Assembly (NCBI GenBank): GCA_000388065.2
Contig: KB932205.1
Direction: 5' to 3' (one strand)
From: Fonticula alba ATCC 38817
Taxonomy: Eukaryota; Protista; Nucleariida
Length of the DNA: 64,000 bases
Shown: piece after piece, positions 1 to 12,735 of the stretch
Layout: each line of letters begins with the position of its first letter
Numbering within the stretch: the stretch's first letter is position 1
The notes under the pieces: generated by a model
The model's database searches: none
What the model was told of the DNA's origin: nothing
The model's input: the letters and a program-made list of their open reading frames with translations, nothing else
Made by a program: the position numbers and the translations under genes

Positions 1-267
1 AATTTCCGCCAGAGCCGCCCAGAGCATGGCGCCACAGCCGAGACCCAGCGAGGCCGACAGAGCTCGTGGGCTTCGGGCGGCTGGCAGCAGAACGGCCGCC
101 GCGCCGATCACAGTCCCAAGGCTGGCAATGAGGACGACACGCAGGCCGCGCCCGGGGTCCAGGGTGCTGCCGGCGGTGGCCGCCTCGAGAGCCGCGCGGC
201 CCAGGACCGCGGCCAGCCGCGGCCCTCCCGGCACCCCGGGGGCAGGCAGCGCCGCTGGCAGGGGCAT
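1..267 (-). CDS. ZIP (ZupT-like) zinc/iron transporter, N-terminal part, truncated by window edge
   Basis: Frame not in the ORF track. ATG at 267 reads MPLPAALP...GLRVVLIASLGTVIGAAAVLLPAARSPRALSASLGLGCGAMLWAALAEI to base 1. This matches the TM1-TM2 pattern of ZIP transporters (..GxxIG.. then ..LGFxxGxMLxxxxxEI). Confidence 0.65.
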   Translation of the reverse strand, partial: MPLPAALPAPGVPGGPRLAAVLGRAALEAATAGSTLDPGRGLRVVLIASLGTVIGAAAVLLPAARSPRALSASLGLGCGAMLWAALAEI

Positions 268-3248
268 GAGCCGCGCGGTTGGCAAGCAGGTAGCAAAACA
301 CCCGGAGGAGGGGCACAATCAGGCTGGGGGGGGGCTCGGGGAAGGGATGGCCGAGTGGCATGCGACTCGGCCGACCGGGGCGCGGGCAAGGACCGGAGGA
401 GGAGGCTGCGTATATGTATGTGTGTGTGTGTCTGGGAGGAAAAAAGGAGGGGGGAGGCAAAGAGGGAAAGGAGGTGGCGGATGACGGATTCCTGGGCTAC
501 GCCAGCGGGCGGGGCCCCTGGTACTCCATATAGCTGATCCGCGCTGGGGCGCCTGTTGCCAGCTCGGCGCAAAGACCGGGGGGGGCGGGGCTGGTATGGC
601 GAGGCGACGCCAAGAGGGGAGAAGACGAGACGCGCATGCACACACCGGCACACATCGAGGAACCTCCCAGGAGACCGGAGGGGGGGGGGGGGGGCGCCGG
701 GGCGATGACCATTTCCTCGAGGGCCCCCGGGAAAATATGGGCACGCCAGCTAGATCGCAGAACCACGCATTCTCCGGCCGATGGGGCGGGGGCTCGGTCG
801 CGGGGAACATCCCGGCCCCTGGGAAGGGGCGGAGAACCGCAAGCAAGGGCCGGGGGAACGAAGACAACCGGGCCGGACCGAATTTTCCGAGGCGGCGACC
901 GGCCGGGGGCGGGGCCAGTGGAGACCGGCCCCCGGCCCCTACCCTTGTTGCGGCCGATCGGCGCGGCGATCGCGGCCCCTCCCCCAAGCCGGGGAGCAGG
1001 GGCTGGGGGACGCCTCGCATAGCGGCATCCGGACAGAAAGGCACGTAAAGCCGGGGTGCACGCGGGCGGAGGTGGGAGGCGGGCTTCGTTGCATGCTGGC
1101 AAGCATGCCTGCGAGCGGGCGCCGGGTTTGTGGTCGTCCAGCCACGCGCACATGTCCAAGGCGAGGCGGCTGCCCGGAGCCCCCGAGGGAGACCCCACCT
1201 GAATGACACCCATCGCTCAGGCCGGCGCCCCTCAACCTGCTTGTCGCCCGGCCGCGAGCGCGCCTCGGAATCCCGCGATTCCGAGGACAGGGGAGGCAGA
1301 GAGAGAGAGAGAGGCAGAGACAGAGAAGGAGAGGCTGAGCGGGAGCAGCAAACGGCAGGCCCCCGGACCGTCGGGCGTCTCGCGGGGGACGGGTCCCGGA
1401 TCGCACGGGTGCCCGCGAGAGGGAGTCCAGATGCGCTTGCCGAGAACGCACGGAGCCCGGCCCGACCCCCCGTGCCCCAGGGGCAGCAGGGAGGCTCAGC
1501 CGAGCGTGCGTATGCGCCGCCGCCCTTCGGCAGGGAGCGCTCTCACGAATCGTGAGAAAAAGTCGCGCGGAGCGCGGTCGCGCCAGAGGGCGCCCCTTCG
1601 CCGAGTCCACCCCGGAGGCTGACAGGGAGCGGCGGCTGTTAACAGACCAAGCACGGCGAGGGAGAGAGCGCCCCGCCCGGGCGCTCGGCCCGGTGACGCG
1701 CGGCGAAGGCCGCATCGGGCTCGGAGCGTGCAGTTTGCCCGCATCCCCGCCCCGTGCCCCCCGGCCGGTGCCTCCGGGCGGCCGCGCCGCAACTCGCCGC
1801 CCCGGGATCGAGAGCGGGCGAGGCGGCCCAGGAGGCCGGGGGTGAGCGGGGGAAAGAACGGCAGGGAGAAGGGAAGAAGGGTCTCGAGCCACCGCCTGCC
1901 CTGGCGCACGCGTCAGCACCGGGGGCCGGGGGCGGGGGGGGGGGGGGGGGGGCGAGGATCCTGGGGGGGGGGGGGGGGGGGGGGGGGACCGAGCCGAGGC
2001 ACGGTCCGCTTGAGCAGGGCTGCTGGCCGTCCGACGCACGCTGACGGGGCGAGGCCCCCGGACGTCGGGACGCGGGGGCCCGATAGGGACTCGGCCTCCG
2101 AGCCCGGGGAAAGGAGGCCGGGATGCGGGTCGCCAAGGTGCAGGGCGTGCGGGGGGGGGGGGGGGGGGGGGGCAGCCTACGGCGAAGGCCCGTGCGACGG
2201 ACAGCAGGAAGAAAAGGGCCCGATCCGCGCCCCACCCGAGCTCCCATGCCGAAAACGGCCCCCGGTAGGGGGGGCTCCGCGCGTCCGTGGGGTTCTCACT
2301 GCGAGTCTCAGTGCGCCGTTCGCTGGGGAACGCCTGCCACGGCCGAAGCAAGTCAAACGGACCTGGGGCGCGTCCAGGGAATAAACCCCCAGCCGGGCGA
2401 CGCCCACGCACCTGGGGAGCCTGGTGTCCCAGAACATCTCCGAACAGCCGGGCGGGGCGCGGGGGCGCGGGGGCGCGGGGGCGCGGGGGACACCAGGGGA
2501 GGGGGGCCTCCACGCACGAGCCAGCATGCGCGGGCACACCCCTCGGGAACAGGGGGGAAAAGTGCCCGCCCCCTCTGCCGCCAGCTGGCAAGGGAGCCGC
2601 ACGCGCGTGCACGCACACGGGCGCATGCGTAAGCAAATAAGTGCGCCCCGGCGCGCATTTTTCGCCTTCCACCTAAGTGCCGGCTGATCTCCTCGTGAGT
2701 GATCACGCCCGCCCTTCCCGCGCCATTCCACGCCATCCATTGGCATATGCCACGGCTCCCCTGGATTCACCGGGGGCCGTTTGCGGCACGCACGGCCGAT
2801 CGCCGCCACCGGCCCCGAGCCGGGAGCGGGACACCATCTCAGCCCGGCCATTCCGTCTGATCCGGCCGACACCGGCGCGAAAGGACACGCCGGGCCAGGG
2901 GGGGAGAGAGACAGGGACACAGAGAGCGCCAGGGGGGGNNNNNNNNNNNNNNNNNNNNNNNNNNNNNNNNNNNNNNNNNNNNNNNNNNNNNNNNNNNNNN
3001 NNNNNNNNNNNNNNNNNNNNNNNNNNNNNNNNNNNNNNNNNNNNNNNNNNNNNNNNNNNNNNNNNNNNNNNNNNNNNNNNNNNNNNNNNNNNNNNNNNNN
3101 NNNNNNNNNNNNNNNNNNNNNNNNNNNNNNNNNNNNNNNNNNNNNNNNNNNNNNNNNNNNNNNNNNNNNNNNNNNNNNNNNNNNNNNNNNNNNNNNNNNN
3201 NNNNNNNNNNNNNNNNNNNNNNNNNNNNNNNNNNNNNNNNNNNNNNNN

Positions 3249-6032
3249 CCACAATCAAGCCGCACCGCCTTGTCCGGGCCCTGGCCGAGCATCCCCAGCG
3301 GACATACGAGGTCCGTGCAGGCTCCACGACGAGCCCCCTGCTGTTGCCGATGCCGGGTCCCTGACGCGCGCATCCCCCTGTCCCCTTTGTGCAGTCGGCG
3401 CTTGGGGTATTGAATTCCCTCCAGTCGAACTCGGGTGTCCTCGCGGCCGTGCATCGCGCGTGCATCGAAACCCCCGGCCCTCGGACTGACAAGTCTCCCC
3501 CCGAGGCTGCTGACGCCCCAAGCACCTGCCATGCCTCGGTTCCCGTCTTCGGCAAGGGGAACCCCATGAATGAGCGCAATTTGCCGGAGATGCGCGCCTG
3601 CCTCGCACGCATGGGCTACTCTGTACGATGAGGGTGGCCTTCTTCGCGCGGGCCTTGACGCGATGTCTCCCCCGGCCCTGGCCCCTTGCCACCCTGAACG
3701 TGTCCCACTGACCATCGATGCGCACACATAAATGCCCGACTCGACACTGGCAGGCTGGCGACTTTGACCAGCTCAATATCATCCATGTGACTGGCACCAA
3801 GGGCAAAGGCTCAGTCTGCGCCATGACCGAGTCTGTTCTCCGCAGCGCCTTCGAGGCGGCGGCCCCCCTGTCGGTGGACACCCGGCATCGGCCCCTCCGC
3901 ACTGGGCTCTACACTTCGCCGCATCTGGTGCGTTGGAGGAGGGCGGCCGTCCGGCGGTGATGGCCCCTCGCGGCATGTGCACCCGGTCTGCTGACACGCC
4001 ACACGCATGCATACACCGTGCAACCATGCTGCTATACATGCATGTGTATTTTTTTGTGTCAGATCGATGTCTGCGAACGTATCCGCCTCAACGGCCAGCC
4101 CATCAGCCAGGATGCCTTTGCTCGATACTTCTTCGAGACCGCCGATGCCCTGGTGACCGGTCGGCCACCGGCCGACGCCTCGGGCTGGCCACCATTCTCC
4201 GGGGGCACGGTTCCGCCGGTGGCCGAGCACGGCCCTGCGGAGGAAGCCGCGCCGGTTTCGAGCCCGGCCAACCCCCTGCCGGACTTGCCGCCGGTGTCCT
4301 ACTTCCGCTTTCTGACCCTCATGGCGCTGCATGTGTTCATGCGCGAAAAGGTATGCCAGCGTCCTGCCACATGCTTTCCCTCTCTCTCTCTTGTCCTCTC
4401 CCTTTCTCTTTCTTTCTGCATTTCTCGCTGCTCCATTCGCCGCCCTGCCGCCCACTTACCAAGCCGGCACAAATGCCTCGCGTAGGTCGATGTGGCCATC
4501 CTCGAGGTTGGAATTGGCGGAGCCTATGACAGCACCAATGTAATCAAACACCCGCTGGCGATCGGCATCACGCCGGTGGCCAACGACCATGCGGCCACCC
4601 TCGGCACCACGCGCGAGTCTGTTGCCTGGCACAAATCCGGCATCATCAAGGTACCACACGGCCCGGGGGCGCCCGCCGGCGATCCAGACAACCGGATCAG
4701 TCACCGTGCGGCTGAGATGCTGCCTAACATGTCGCCCCATCCCCCTGCTGCATTTCCATTCCCCTCCTCGCCTCCCCGCCCCCCCCCCCTTGCATTTTCC
4801 CCCTCTCTCTCTCTCTGTCCGGCTTGGTTGTAGCCCGGCTGCCTGGCCTTCGCCACACGGGAAGACCAAACCCCGGCGGTCCTGGCAATGTTGGATGCTC
4901 GCGCGCAGGAACTCCAGGTATGTGTCTGTCATATGCGTCCTTTTCGGCCTGACCGCGCCGGCCCTGCTAACCCGAGCAAATGGAAACCACACAGGCCCAT
5001 GGCAATCGCATTGAGTATGTCACTCGAGGAGACTACCCGGCCGATGTCCTGGATGCGGTCAGCCTCTTTGGCGATCACCAGCGTCAGAATGCCGCTCTGG
5101 CTGGGGCTCTGGCGCGATCGGCCCTCGGTGTCCTGGCACGCTCCCCGGACCCGGCCCTCGCGACCCTGGCCCCGGTTGGTACGTGCCCAAATGCGCCTGC
5201 CATCTGGTTTTGCACGCACACCCAACCAATCCCAGCCTGAACACTCACCCGTGTGCATGCGCGTGTGTGTGTGTGTGTGTGTGTGCGTCTGTCCCCCGGC
5301 ATGTGTCCCACCAAAGCCGAGGGCGATGCCTTCCTGGCAGCCATGCGCGAGGGGCTCAGCCAGGTCCAGTGGCCGGCCCGGTGCCAGACCATCGAGGGAG
5401 TTCCCGATCGGCCGGGCGTTCGGGCCTCGGAGGCCGGGCCCCGGGTGCTAAACTACCATGTGGACGGTGCACACACCCCGGAGAGCCTGGCCCTGTGCGG
5501 CCAGTGGGTTGGTGGGGACGTGGTCCGGCGATCGCCCGGGCCCCTGGGGCTGCTGTTCACCTTCACCCACGGCCGAGATCCCGAGCAGCTCCTGGCCGCT
5601 CTGCTGGCCAACCTCCCGTCCGGGGCCACTGCCACACACCCGGCCGGGCTCTTTTCCATGGTGGCCTTCTGCCCGGCCCCGGTGGAGTTGAAGCCGGGCG
5701 CCGTGGCGGCCACCGTCTCCGAGCAGCCGGGGGCCGACCCGGCCGACTGGCCCGAATCGGCCGAGTACCACGAACAGGCGGCCCTGGTGGAGGCCTTCCG
5801 CCGGCTGGCTCCGGCCGGGGCCCCGGAGCCGCGGATCTTCCGCACCGTCGACCAGGCCATGGCTCATCTGCATGCGAAGCTGCTCGATGAACAGGCCGCC
5901 GGGGCTGGTGGTGGCGGGCCGACGGCGGGTGCTCGTCCTGGGGTCGTCGTCACGGGCAGCCTGTTGCTCTCGGGCGCGGTGCTCAGTCGGCTGCGCTTCG
6001 CGTATGGCGTTGGCCTGGGCCGGGGCGTGTAA
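3249..6032 (+). CDS. FPGS: Folylpolyglutamate synthase; start lies in or before the gap 2939-3248
   Basis: Exons <3249-3310, 3395-3622, 3754-3927, 4063-4350, 4486-4650, 4834-4917, 4995-5178, 5317-6032 with GT-AG ends and matching phases. Motifs: [28 protein letters not shown] (P-loop), [52 protein letters not shown]. Confidence 0.96.
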
Positions 6033-6844
6033 GTGACATGGCTGCACGTACGGGCACGGTGCCTGCCGGGGCCACACACCCCTCCGGACGTGCGTGCTCC
6101 CTTGCCATCCTGTATTCCGGCAAATAGATGTGAGGAAAAGGGAAGAAGGCCGCACGGCTGTCTTTTGCCCCGGGGCTCATGCCTGCGCTTGGCCGAAGAT
6201 CCGGACATGCTGAAATGACGGGGACACGCCGATCGATGGGCAGACAGACGAATGTGCACACTTGGGGGTATGTGTCCCCCCTCCCCCCCCCCGCTCAAAC
6301 ACCACACGCATGCACATTCGATGGCAGAGGCGCCGCCTCCTCCTCGCGCCCTTGGCCGTAGACGCATGGGCCAGGCGCGCGCCTGGACATCACGCACCGA
6401 GCAGCCCCCTCCCTCTCGACAACGCAAAGGGGGGGGGGGAGGAAAGAATGAGGTTGAAACTTTTATATTATATGGTTTTTTTAGGGGGGGAAAGGGGGAG
6501 AGGGGGGAGCGAGTTTGTCCCTCACTTTGTCGCCCTCTCTCTCGATCTATCTCGGCGTGTCCGGCGCCCAGAGAGGGGACAGCATCGCGCACAGGAGAGG
6601 GAACATCCAGCCTGGCACGCATGTTGTTCCCCACACCGGGGACGGAGAGAAAGGGACAGGCGAAGAGGCGACAAAGAGGGACCGCCCCCACGTGTGCTGT
6701 GGAGAAGGCGTGCGCATGTGCGGACGGCTGCGCGAGGACTGAGGGGGAGGGGAGTGGGGGGCCATCAATCACACACGCGCTACGGCTCCAGCGTCTACGC
6801 GAACATGTGTACAACCGGGAAGAGGACGGCGCGCAGCGCTTGTC

Positions 6845-7715
6845 TTACTGGTTGTGATAGCCGGAGTCGGTGTTGCCGGCCGGGGCCTGGACACCGGGGT
6901 CCTGGGTGGCGGTGTAGGTGCCATGGCTGGAGGTGGGCCCGGCACGGTCGCCCATCGGGCGGTGGTAGCCGGAGTCGGTGTTGCCGGCCGGGGCCTGCTT
7001 GCCGGGGTCCTGGGTGGCGGTGTAGCCAGCNNNNNNNNNNNNNNNNNNNNNNNNNNNNNNNNNNNNNNNNNNNNNNNNNNNNNNNNNNNNNNNNNNNNNN
7101 NNNNNNNNNNNNNNNNNNNNNNNNNNNNNNNNNNNNNNNNNNNNNNNNNNNNNNNNNNNNNNNNNNNNNNNNNNNNNNNNNNNNNNNNNNNNNNNTGCTT
7201 GCCGGGGTCCTGGGTGGCGGTGTAGCCAGCGTGGGAGGAAGTGGGACCGGCACGGTCGCCCATCGGGCGGTGGTAGCCGGAGTCGGTGTTACCAGCGGCC
7301 TGCGAGACACAATCGGGGAAGGTCGAGCCCGGACAGGGGGAGGAGGGGAACAGAGTCAGAGAACACGACCAGGGGGGGGGGGGCAGGGCGGGGCGGGCGG
7401 GGGGTGAAGGAGGAAGGCGACACGCACAGCCTGCTTGCCGGGGTCGTGAGTGGCGGTGTACTCGGCGTGCGAGGAGGTCGGGCCAGCGCGGTTACCCATC
7501 GGGCGGTGGTAGTTGCCGTCGGTGTTGCCGGCGGGGGCCATGGCACCCGGGTCGTGGGTCGAGGTGTACCCGGCGTGCGAGGAGGTCGGGCCGGCCAGAT
7601 CACCGGAGCGACGGAAGCCGGGGCCGGTGGGGGCGGCGCCGTACATGCGGCCGGGGTCGTGGGTGGCCTTGTAGGTGCTGGTGGAGGAACCAGGGCCGGC
7701 AAGAGTGCGACGCAT
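6845..7715 (-). CDS. Hydrophilic disordered protein made of ~36-aa tandem repeats (PAGNTDSGYHRPMGDRAGPTSSHAGYTATQDPGKQA)
   Basis: ATG 7715; exon 7715-7428; intron GTGCGT..CAG; exon 7299-6845 interrupted by gap 7031-7195; TAA at 6847-6845. Strong optimal-codon bias (ACC, GCC, GGC, TAC, CAC). A 5'-UTR intron precedes the ATG (GTATGT near 7915, CAG near 7726). Confidence 0.85.
6860..7600 (-). repeat. 108-bp coding tandem repeat, partly collapsed at an assembly gap
   Basis: At least five AGPxSSxxxYxxTxDPG units are visible. An identical 35-nt stretch flanks both sides of the gap (6996-7030 and 7196-7230). Confidence 0.85.
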
Positions 7716-8084
7716 GATGTGGTGTCTGCGCCGTGTACGGGCGCCCGGGGAGGGGTGCGGGAGAGAGAGAGAGAGAGAGAGAAGGGGCATGAAAGTCAGT
7801 GGGCAGAGAGGAGGAGGAGGAGGAGAGAGGGAGATCGAAGAGGAGCATGATGAAGAGGAGGAAGAACAAGGATGGGAGGCGGCAAGGCGCGGCCGGCAAC
7901 GGGAGGGCGACATACAGTAAAAGGGACCGGGGTGGAACCGCGGAGGAAGGAGGGGCGGAGGACAAAAGGGGGAGAAAAGAACAATCCGAGGATCATCTGC
8001 CACGCCGCTGGACGAGCGACCCGGCGAGGGTGGGTGACTCTTATACCCATGCTCGCTGACGCATGCGCCCCCGCGCGCGCACAC

Positions 8085-8156
8085 ACGCACAGACGCACAG
8101 ACGCACAGACGCACAGACGCACAGACGCACAGACGCACAGACGTACGGACGTACGG
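8085..8156. repeat. Octamer minisatellite (ACGCACAG)x7 + (ACGTACGG)x2
   Basis: Read directly from the sequence. Confidence 0.95.
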
Positions 8157-9867
8157 ACCGGGGGGGGGGGGGGGGGCGGGGGGGGAAAACCCCCGGGGGC
8201 CGGGACGCACATCGGGCGCCACACACCCCGCGCACCTTCCACCAGGGACGCGGATTGTACCAGCCCCTCGCGCCCGGAAGTGGTGGGCAGGGGTGTCTCA
8301 GGGGCCCTGGGGGGTCGCAAGCCCGCGGCGCCGGAAACCATCGAGCTCGCCGGACGCCCCGTGTGCCTCGGGGCAGAATGCGCGGGAATGCATGTGCGCC
8401 GAGGGAGGCGGGCCGGGGCACACCGCCGCCGGCGAGGGGAGGGGGGAGGATTATGCCGCGGGCTGGTGGGAATATGCTGGACTGCCGCGGCAAACGACGC
8501 CAGTGGAGGCCATGGTCCGCGGCCCGTCGCGCGCTCGTGCAAAGAGCCAGGAGAATTCCCCACGCCATCGCCCGAGAGAGCCCTGCAAAGGGCCTCTCCT
8601 GCACGATTGCCGCACGCGCGCGCTCTCGCCCCAACAGGCCGGGCGAGACACTGGCCGGGCGCGGGGGTGGGCATTAATTTATCGGCCCATTGCACCCGGG
8701 CATGCCAGCAGCCCGGTATCCGACACTAGCGCGGCTAAGGATCTCCCTGCGAACCGGGCCGCCAGGCCCGAGCACATTCCTCGAGCTCCGGTTTACATGG
8801 GGAGCATGTGTCGGACGCCCGGCCGGCCCAGGGAGCCGCTGGGCGCCGGAAGGAGGTTGCTCCACCCGGGGCGCAGCCATCGCATGCGGGTGCCCCATCC
8901 TCCCTCGTCCGACCGACTGACCGGCAGGCAGACAGGACCTGCGGGGCGGGGGCCACTGTCGCGACATGCTGCAGCCGAAAGGGCGATTCACACCTGATGG
9001 GCCCTCCAACAAGGCGGATAATAAAAAACCCATATTACTCGTGCCGCCCGGCCTACGCCCCTTGGCGAAGCGTAAGGAGAAGCCGGGGCGCCCCTTTCGG
9101 CAGTGACAACAGCGCCCTGGAGAGGTCCCCACTGCACCAAGCGCGAGGGGCGGGGGGGGGGCGGGGCGCAGTCAGGACCCCCTTGCAACTTCCTGCCAAG
9201 CGCCGCGGCGGGGCCCCGGGCCGGCGCTTGACTCGCGTCCGCGTACGCGGGCGCACTCTTGCATTCTCCCGGCCCTCCCCCGGGGGTTTCCAGGCGGCCA
9301 TACACACGGGCCGGTCGAGCACATTCCTCGCCCGCGCACCACGCAAGTGGTAGGCCCGACCCGCGGCCGCAGCCGAAAGACATGTCATTCCTGGCCCCCT
9401 GCGGAACCCCATCCCGTGCCGGCCAATCACCCCACCCCTCGCACACATGCCCGATCACACCACCACGTCCATGGGTCGGCAGCTCACGATGGCAGATCGC
9501 GGGCCAAGCCCAGCACCAGCCCCCGCCAATGGGGCCGGCCCGACTCGGACCCAAGATCGCCGAAGCACGCGTGTGTCTGTGTGTCTGTGTGCGTGTGTGT
9601 GTGTGTATGGCCACCGGCGGTGTCCTGGCTGGGAGACGCGTTGCGGTTCTTGCCGGCCGCCCTGCCCGCCATCCGACCCCCGGCCCGGAGCGTTTTGATG
9701 TACCAGCTGGGAGTCCTTGTTACATGCCGAAACGCCGAGCTAGCTGACTGCCTACCCCTGCCTGCCTGCCTGCCTGCCTCTCGCCTCCCGCCTCTCGCGC
9801 CTCCCGCCCCCGCCCTCCCTCTATCTCCCCTCGCCTGCCCTTTCGTTGCCTTCCCGCCCTGGTGCGC

Positions 9868-10156
9868 ATGCTTCGGCGGCACATTTCGCGCGTCGCCCTC
9901 GGCCGCACCTTCTGCACCTTCACCCCAGCACCCCGCCTCGTGCCTCGCTGCCGAAGCTTCTCCCACGTGCCCTTCGCCATGGGGCCCCCGGCGCCGGACG
10001 CTCGGTCCCTGCCCTGGCGCACATGGGATGCCGTGCCTGTCCAGTCGTCTGAGCGTTTTTTCTGCCTGACAATGGTGCGCGCATGCTCACGCCGCGCCGC
10101 CATCGGCAGGACCCCGGTCCGCCTCGGGATACTCACCTACGGCCTGTCCACTGTCG

Positions 10157-10190
<34 letters not shown>

Positions 10191-11582
10191 CTAGCGCCGC
10201 TGGGTGGAGAACTTCGAACGCGTCATTCCGCCAGTCGGGCGGGTGGAGATTCGCGGCCAGCCGGCGGCCGTGCTGTCGGCCCTGCTGGCCGAGCAGGCGG
10301 ATCTCGATGACGAGGCCCTCTTCCTGGAGCGGCAGCGCGCTCTCGAGGCCGGAGACTTCTCGCTGGAAGACAACCATCATCATGACCATGAGCAGTCGCC
10401 GGCCAGCCCGTACCATGACCATCCCTTTGGGGAGGATCTTTTGTTCAAATCGCGCGTCGGCCACCTGCCGGTGCGCGTGCTGGGCTTTGGCCCGGCGGCC
10501 CTGGCCTCCGAGGTGCCGTCCGATGCTCCCGGCCCGGAGGACATCTATGAGCTCCTGCTCCATGCCGAGCGCACTCTCCACAGCAGGCGCCCGGACAAGG
10601 ACCAGCCGCTGGCCGAATTGGTGACCCTGGCCCGGTGGCCGGACGCCGACCGAGCGGGCTTCATCTATGCAGCGACCTTTGCCCCGGAGGGATCCCCGAT
10701 CGAGGTGGCCGCCGGGCTGCCCTTCTACTACCCCCGGGCCCTGGCCTTCCGGCTGCTGTTCGCCCGATCAACCGGCAGCATGGCAGCCGCTCTGGCCATG
10801 CAGCCCGAGGACATGCAAACCGGGCCCGGCGGCCCCGGCAGGCCTCTCGAGGGGCGCGCCGGGCCACCCCCGCTGCCCGAGCATCCCGGCCCCTGGATTG
10901 CCCTGCAGTATGCTCCCCTGCCTGTGGGATCCGACCTGGGGCCCCGGGCCCCGGCGCACAATGCCCGTGCCTGGCAGCACATCCTGAAAAAGGCGCGGGC
11001 CTGGTGCGTCAATGCCCAGGTCGGATACCGGGGCCTGCGCAGCGAGCGCCTGCTCAGCTCGCTGGAGTACTCGGGCTTCGAGGCGCCGCTCGGCGGGACC
11101 CGGCCCCGGTCGACCGGCGTCACGCCGGCGTCCGAGCTCCGGTGGACTTCCGGTCGCACCCCGCGCCTCGATCGCGAGTGGCTGTATGTCGCGCTGAAGG
11201 AGCGCCTCGGGGCCCGGTGGCTGACCACCTGGTCGGAGTTCGAAACCACCGACCCGGAGAAGAATGTCCACGAGGACTTGGCCATTGCGGCCTACCTGAC
11301 GGCCCTGTGGCGTGCACATGGGTACTTCGGCCGGCCGGGGTCCCTGTGCGCGGCTCCCGAGGGCGACCGCGAGCCCGCCGCCCGGAGGCGATTGTACTTC
11401 GTGGATCTCGGCTGTGGGAATGGCTTCCTCACGTATGTCCTGCGGCAGGCCGGCTTCGAGGGGCATGGTGTGGACCTGGCCCGGCGGCGGATCTGGTCGG
11501 CCCTGTCGCCGGAGGCCGATCTTCGTGAGGGTGCGTGTCCAGCAGCGGCGCGGCCAGCCGGCGGGAGCGAGAGATAGAGAAG

Positions 11583-11615
<33 letters not shown>

Positions 11616-12475
11616 AGGGAGGGATCCATGTATGTTGCCTGTAGTCGGCTTGCCATTCTGACCTTCCCAATGCAGAGACCCTTCACCTTCCCACCCTCAC
11701 CCTGGAGAATCCCTTCACCGATGGGCCTCGGCCGGGAGATGTGGTTTGGCTGATTGGCAACCATGCTGACGAGATCACCCCCTGGCTGCCGATCATTGCG
11801 GCCCGGACCGCGGCGGCGGCCAGGACCACGTCGGCCACCGGCGAGGGCCCGGCCATCTGCCTCTTCAGCATCCCCTGCTGCTTCCACGACCTGACTGGGC
11901 GCTTTACGCAGCTCGGCAAGGACCGGCTGGCTGGGCTGGCGGATCTCTGCGCCGCTGATGGGGTTGCCGGCCCGATGGAGCGTGGCAGCGGTGCCGCTGG
12001 CCAGGGCTGCGGCCGCTATGGCGAGTATCTCCTGTATAATGAGTTCCTGGCCCGGCGCTTGGGCCTGCACCTGGAAACCGACCTGCTGAAGATCCCGAGC
12101 ACCAAGAACTACTGCCAGGTGGCTCGCTTTTGCCGGCGGCTTGGTGCGTGCTGCCAGTCAAGACACGTCCTCCCTCGGGGCTTCCCCCATATCGCTGACA
12201 CCCTGATGACTCCATCTCCGCCCCTTCGGGGGGGTCGCTTGGGCCGCGGCGAATGCCCAGATCCCGTCGAGCTGGATCGACGCATTGAGGCCCTGCTGGA
12301 GGAGGCTGGCTATCGCGGCTTCACCGGGCCTGGGGCTGTCTCCGAGCCGGGCACCGAGGGGGGCGGCATTTGGAAGCCACGCGTTGCCGACCGCGAGCTT
12401 ACTCGAGCAGCCTTCCTGAAGAAGAAGCTCCGTCCGGCGACACGCTCGGCCTCGCCCCCGGCCCCAATCGAGTGA
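9868..12475 (+). CDS. TRMT44: tRNA (uracil-O2)-methyltransferase Trm44
   Basis: Exons 9868 (or 9979)-10074, 10195-11530, 11676-12143, 12261-12475. Motifs: DPEKNVHEDLAIAAYL, FVDLGCGNGFL (SAM motif I), GHGVDLARRRIW, WLIGNHADEITPWLP, IPCCFHD, LKIPSTKN. Confidence 0.92.
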
Positions 12476-12735
12476 GTGTGTGTGTGTGTGTGTGTATGTG
12501 CCCCGCCCACCCTCTCTGCTTGTGCAGCTATCCTTCTTGACTGCGAACATGGAGACAGGTTTGATGATGGTGTGTTTCGCATGGGATGTACATTGTGAGC
12601 TGGGAGGCTGCAAACCAAGCCGCGGGACAGGGGAGGGGGGCGGGGGTCTATGTCGTGCATGGGAGCAGCCTGCCAGGGGGGGAGGGAGGGAGGGAGGCAA
12701 GGTGAGCCTAACCTCGGTCCAGGGGTCCGGCGCAC

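Noticed and set aside
600-2930. Several long ORFs (e.g. 939-2672 minus, 577 aa)
   Set aside because: Pro/Arg/Gly-rich translations of GC-rich intergenic DNA and homopolymers, with no codon bias, motifs or exon logic.
2747-2938. Upstream ATG as an FPGS mitochondrial leader
   Set aside because: The frame closes before the gap and cannot be linked to the first visible exon.
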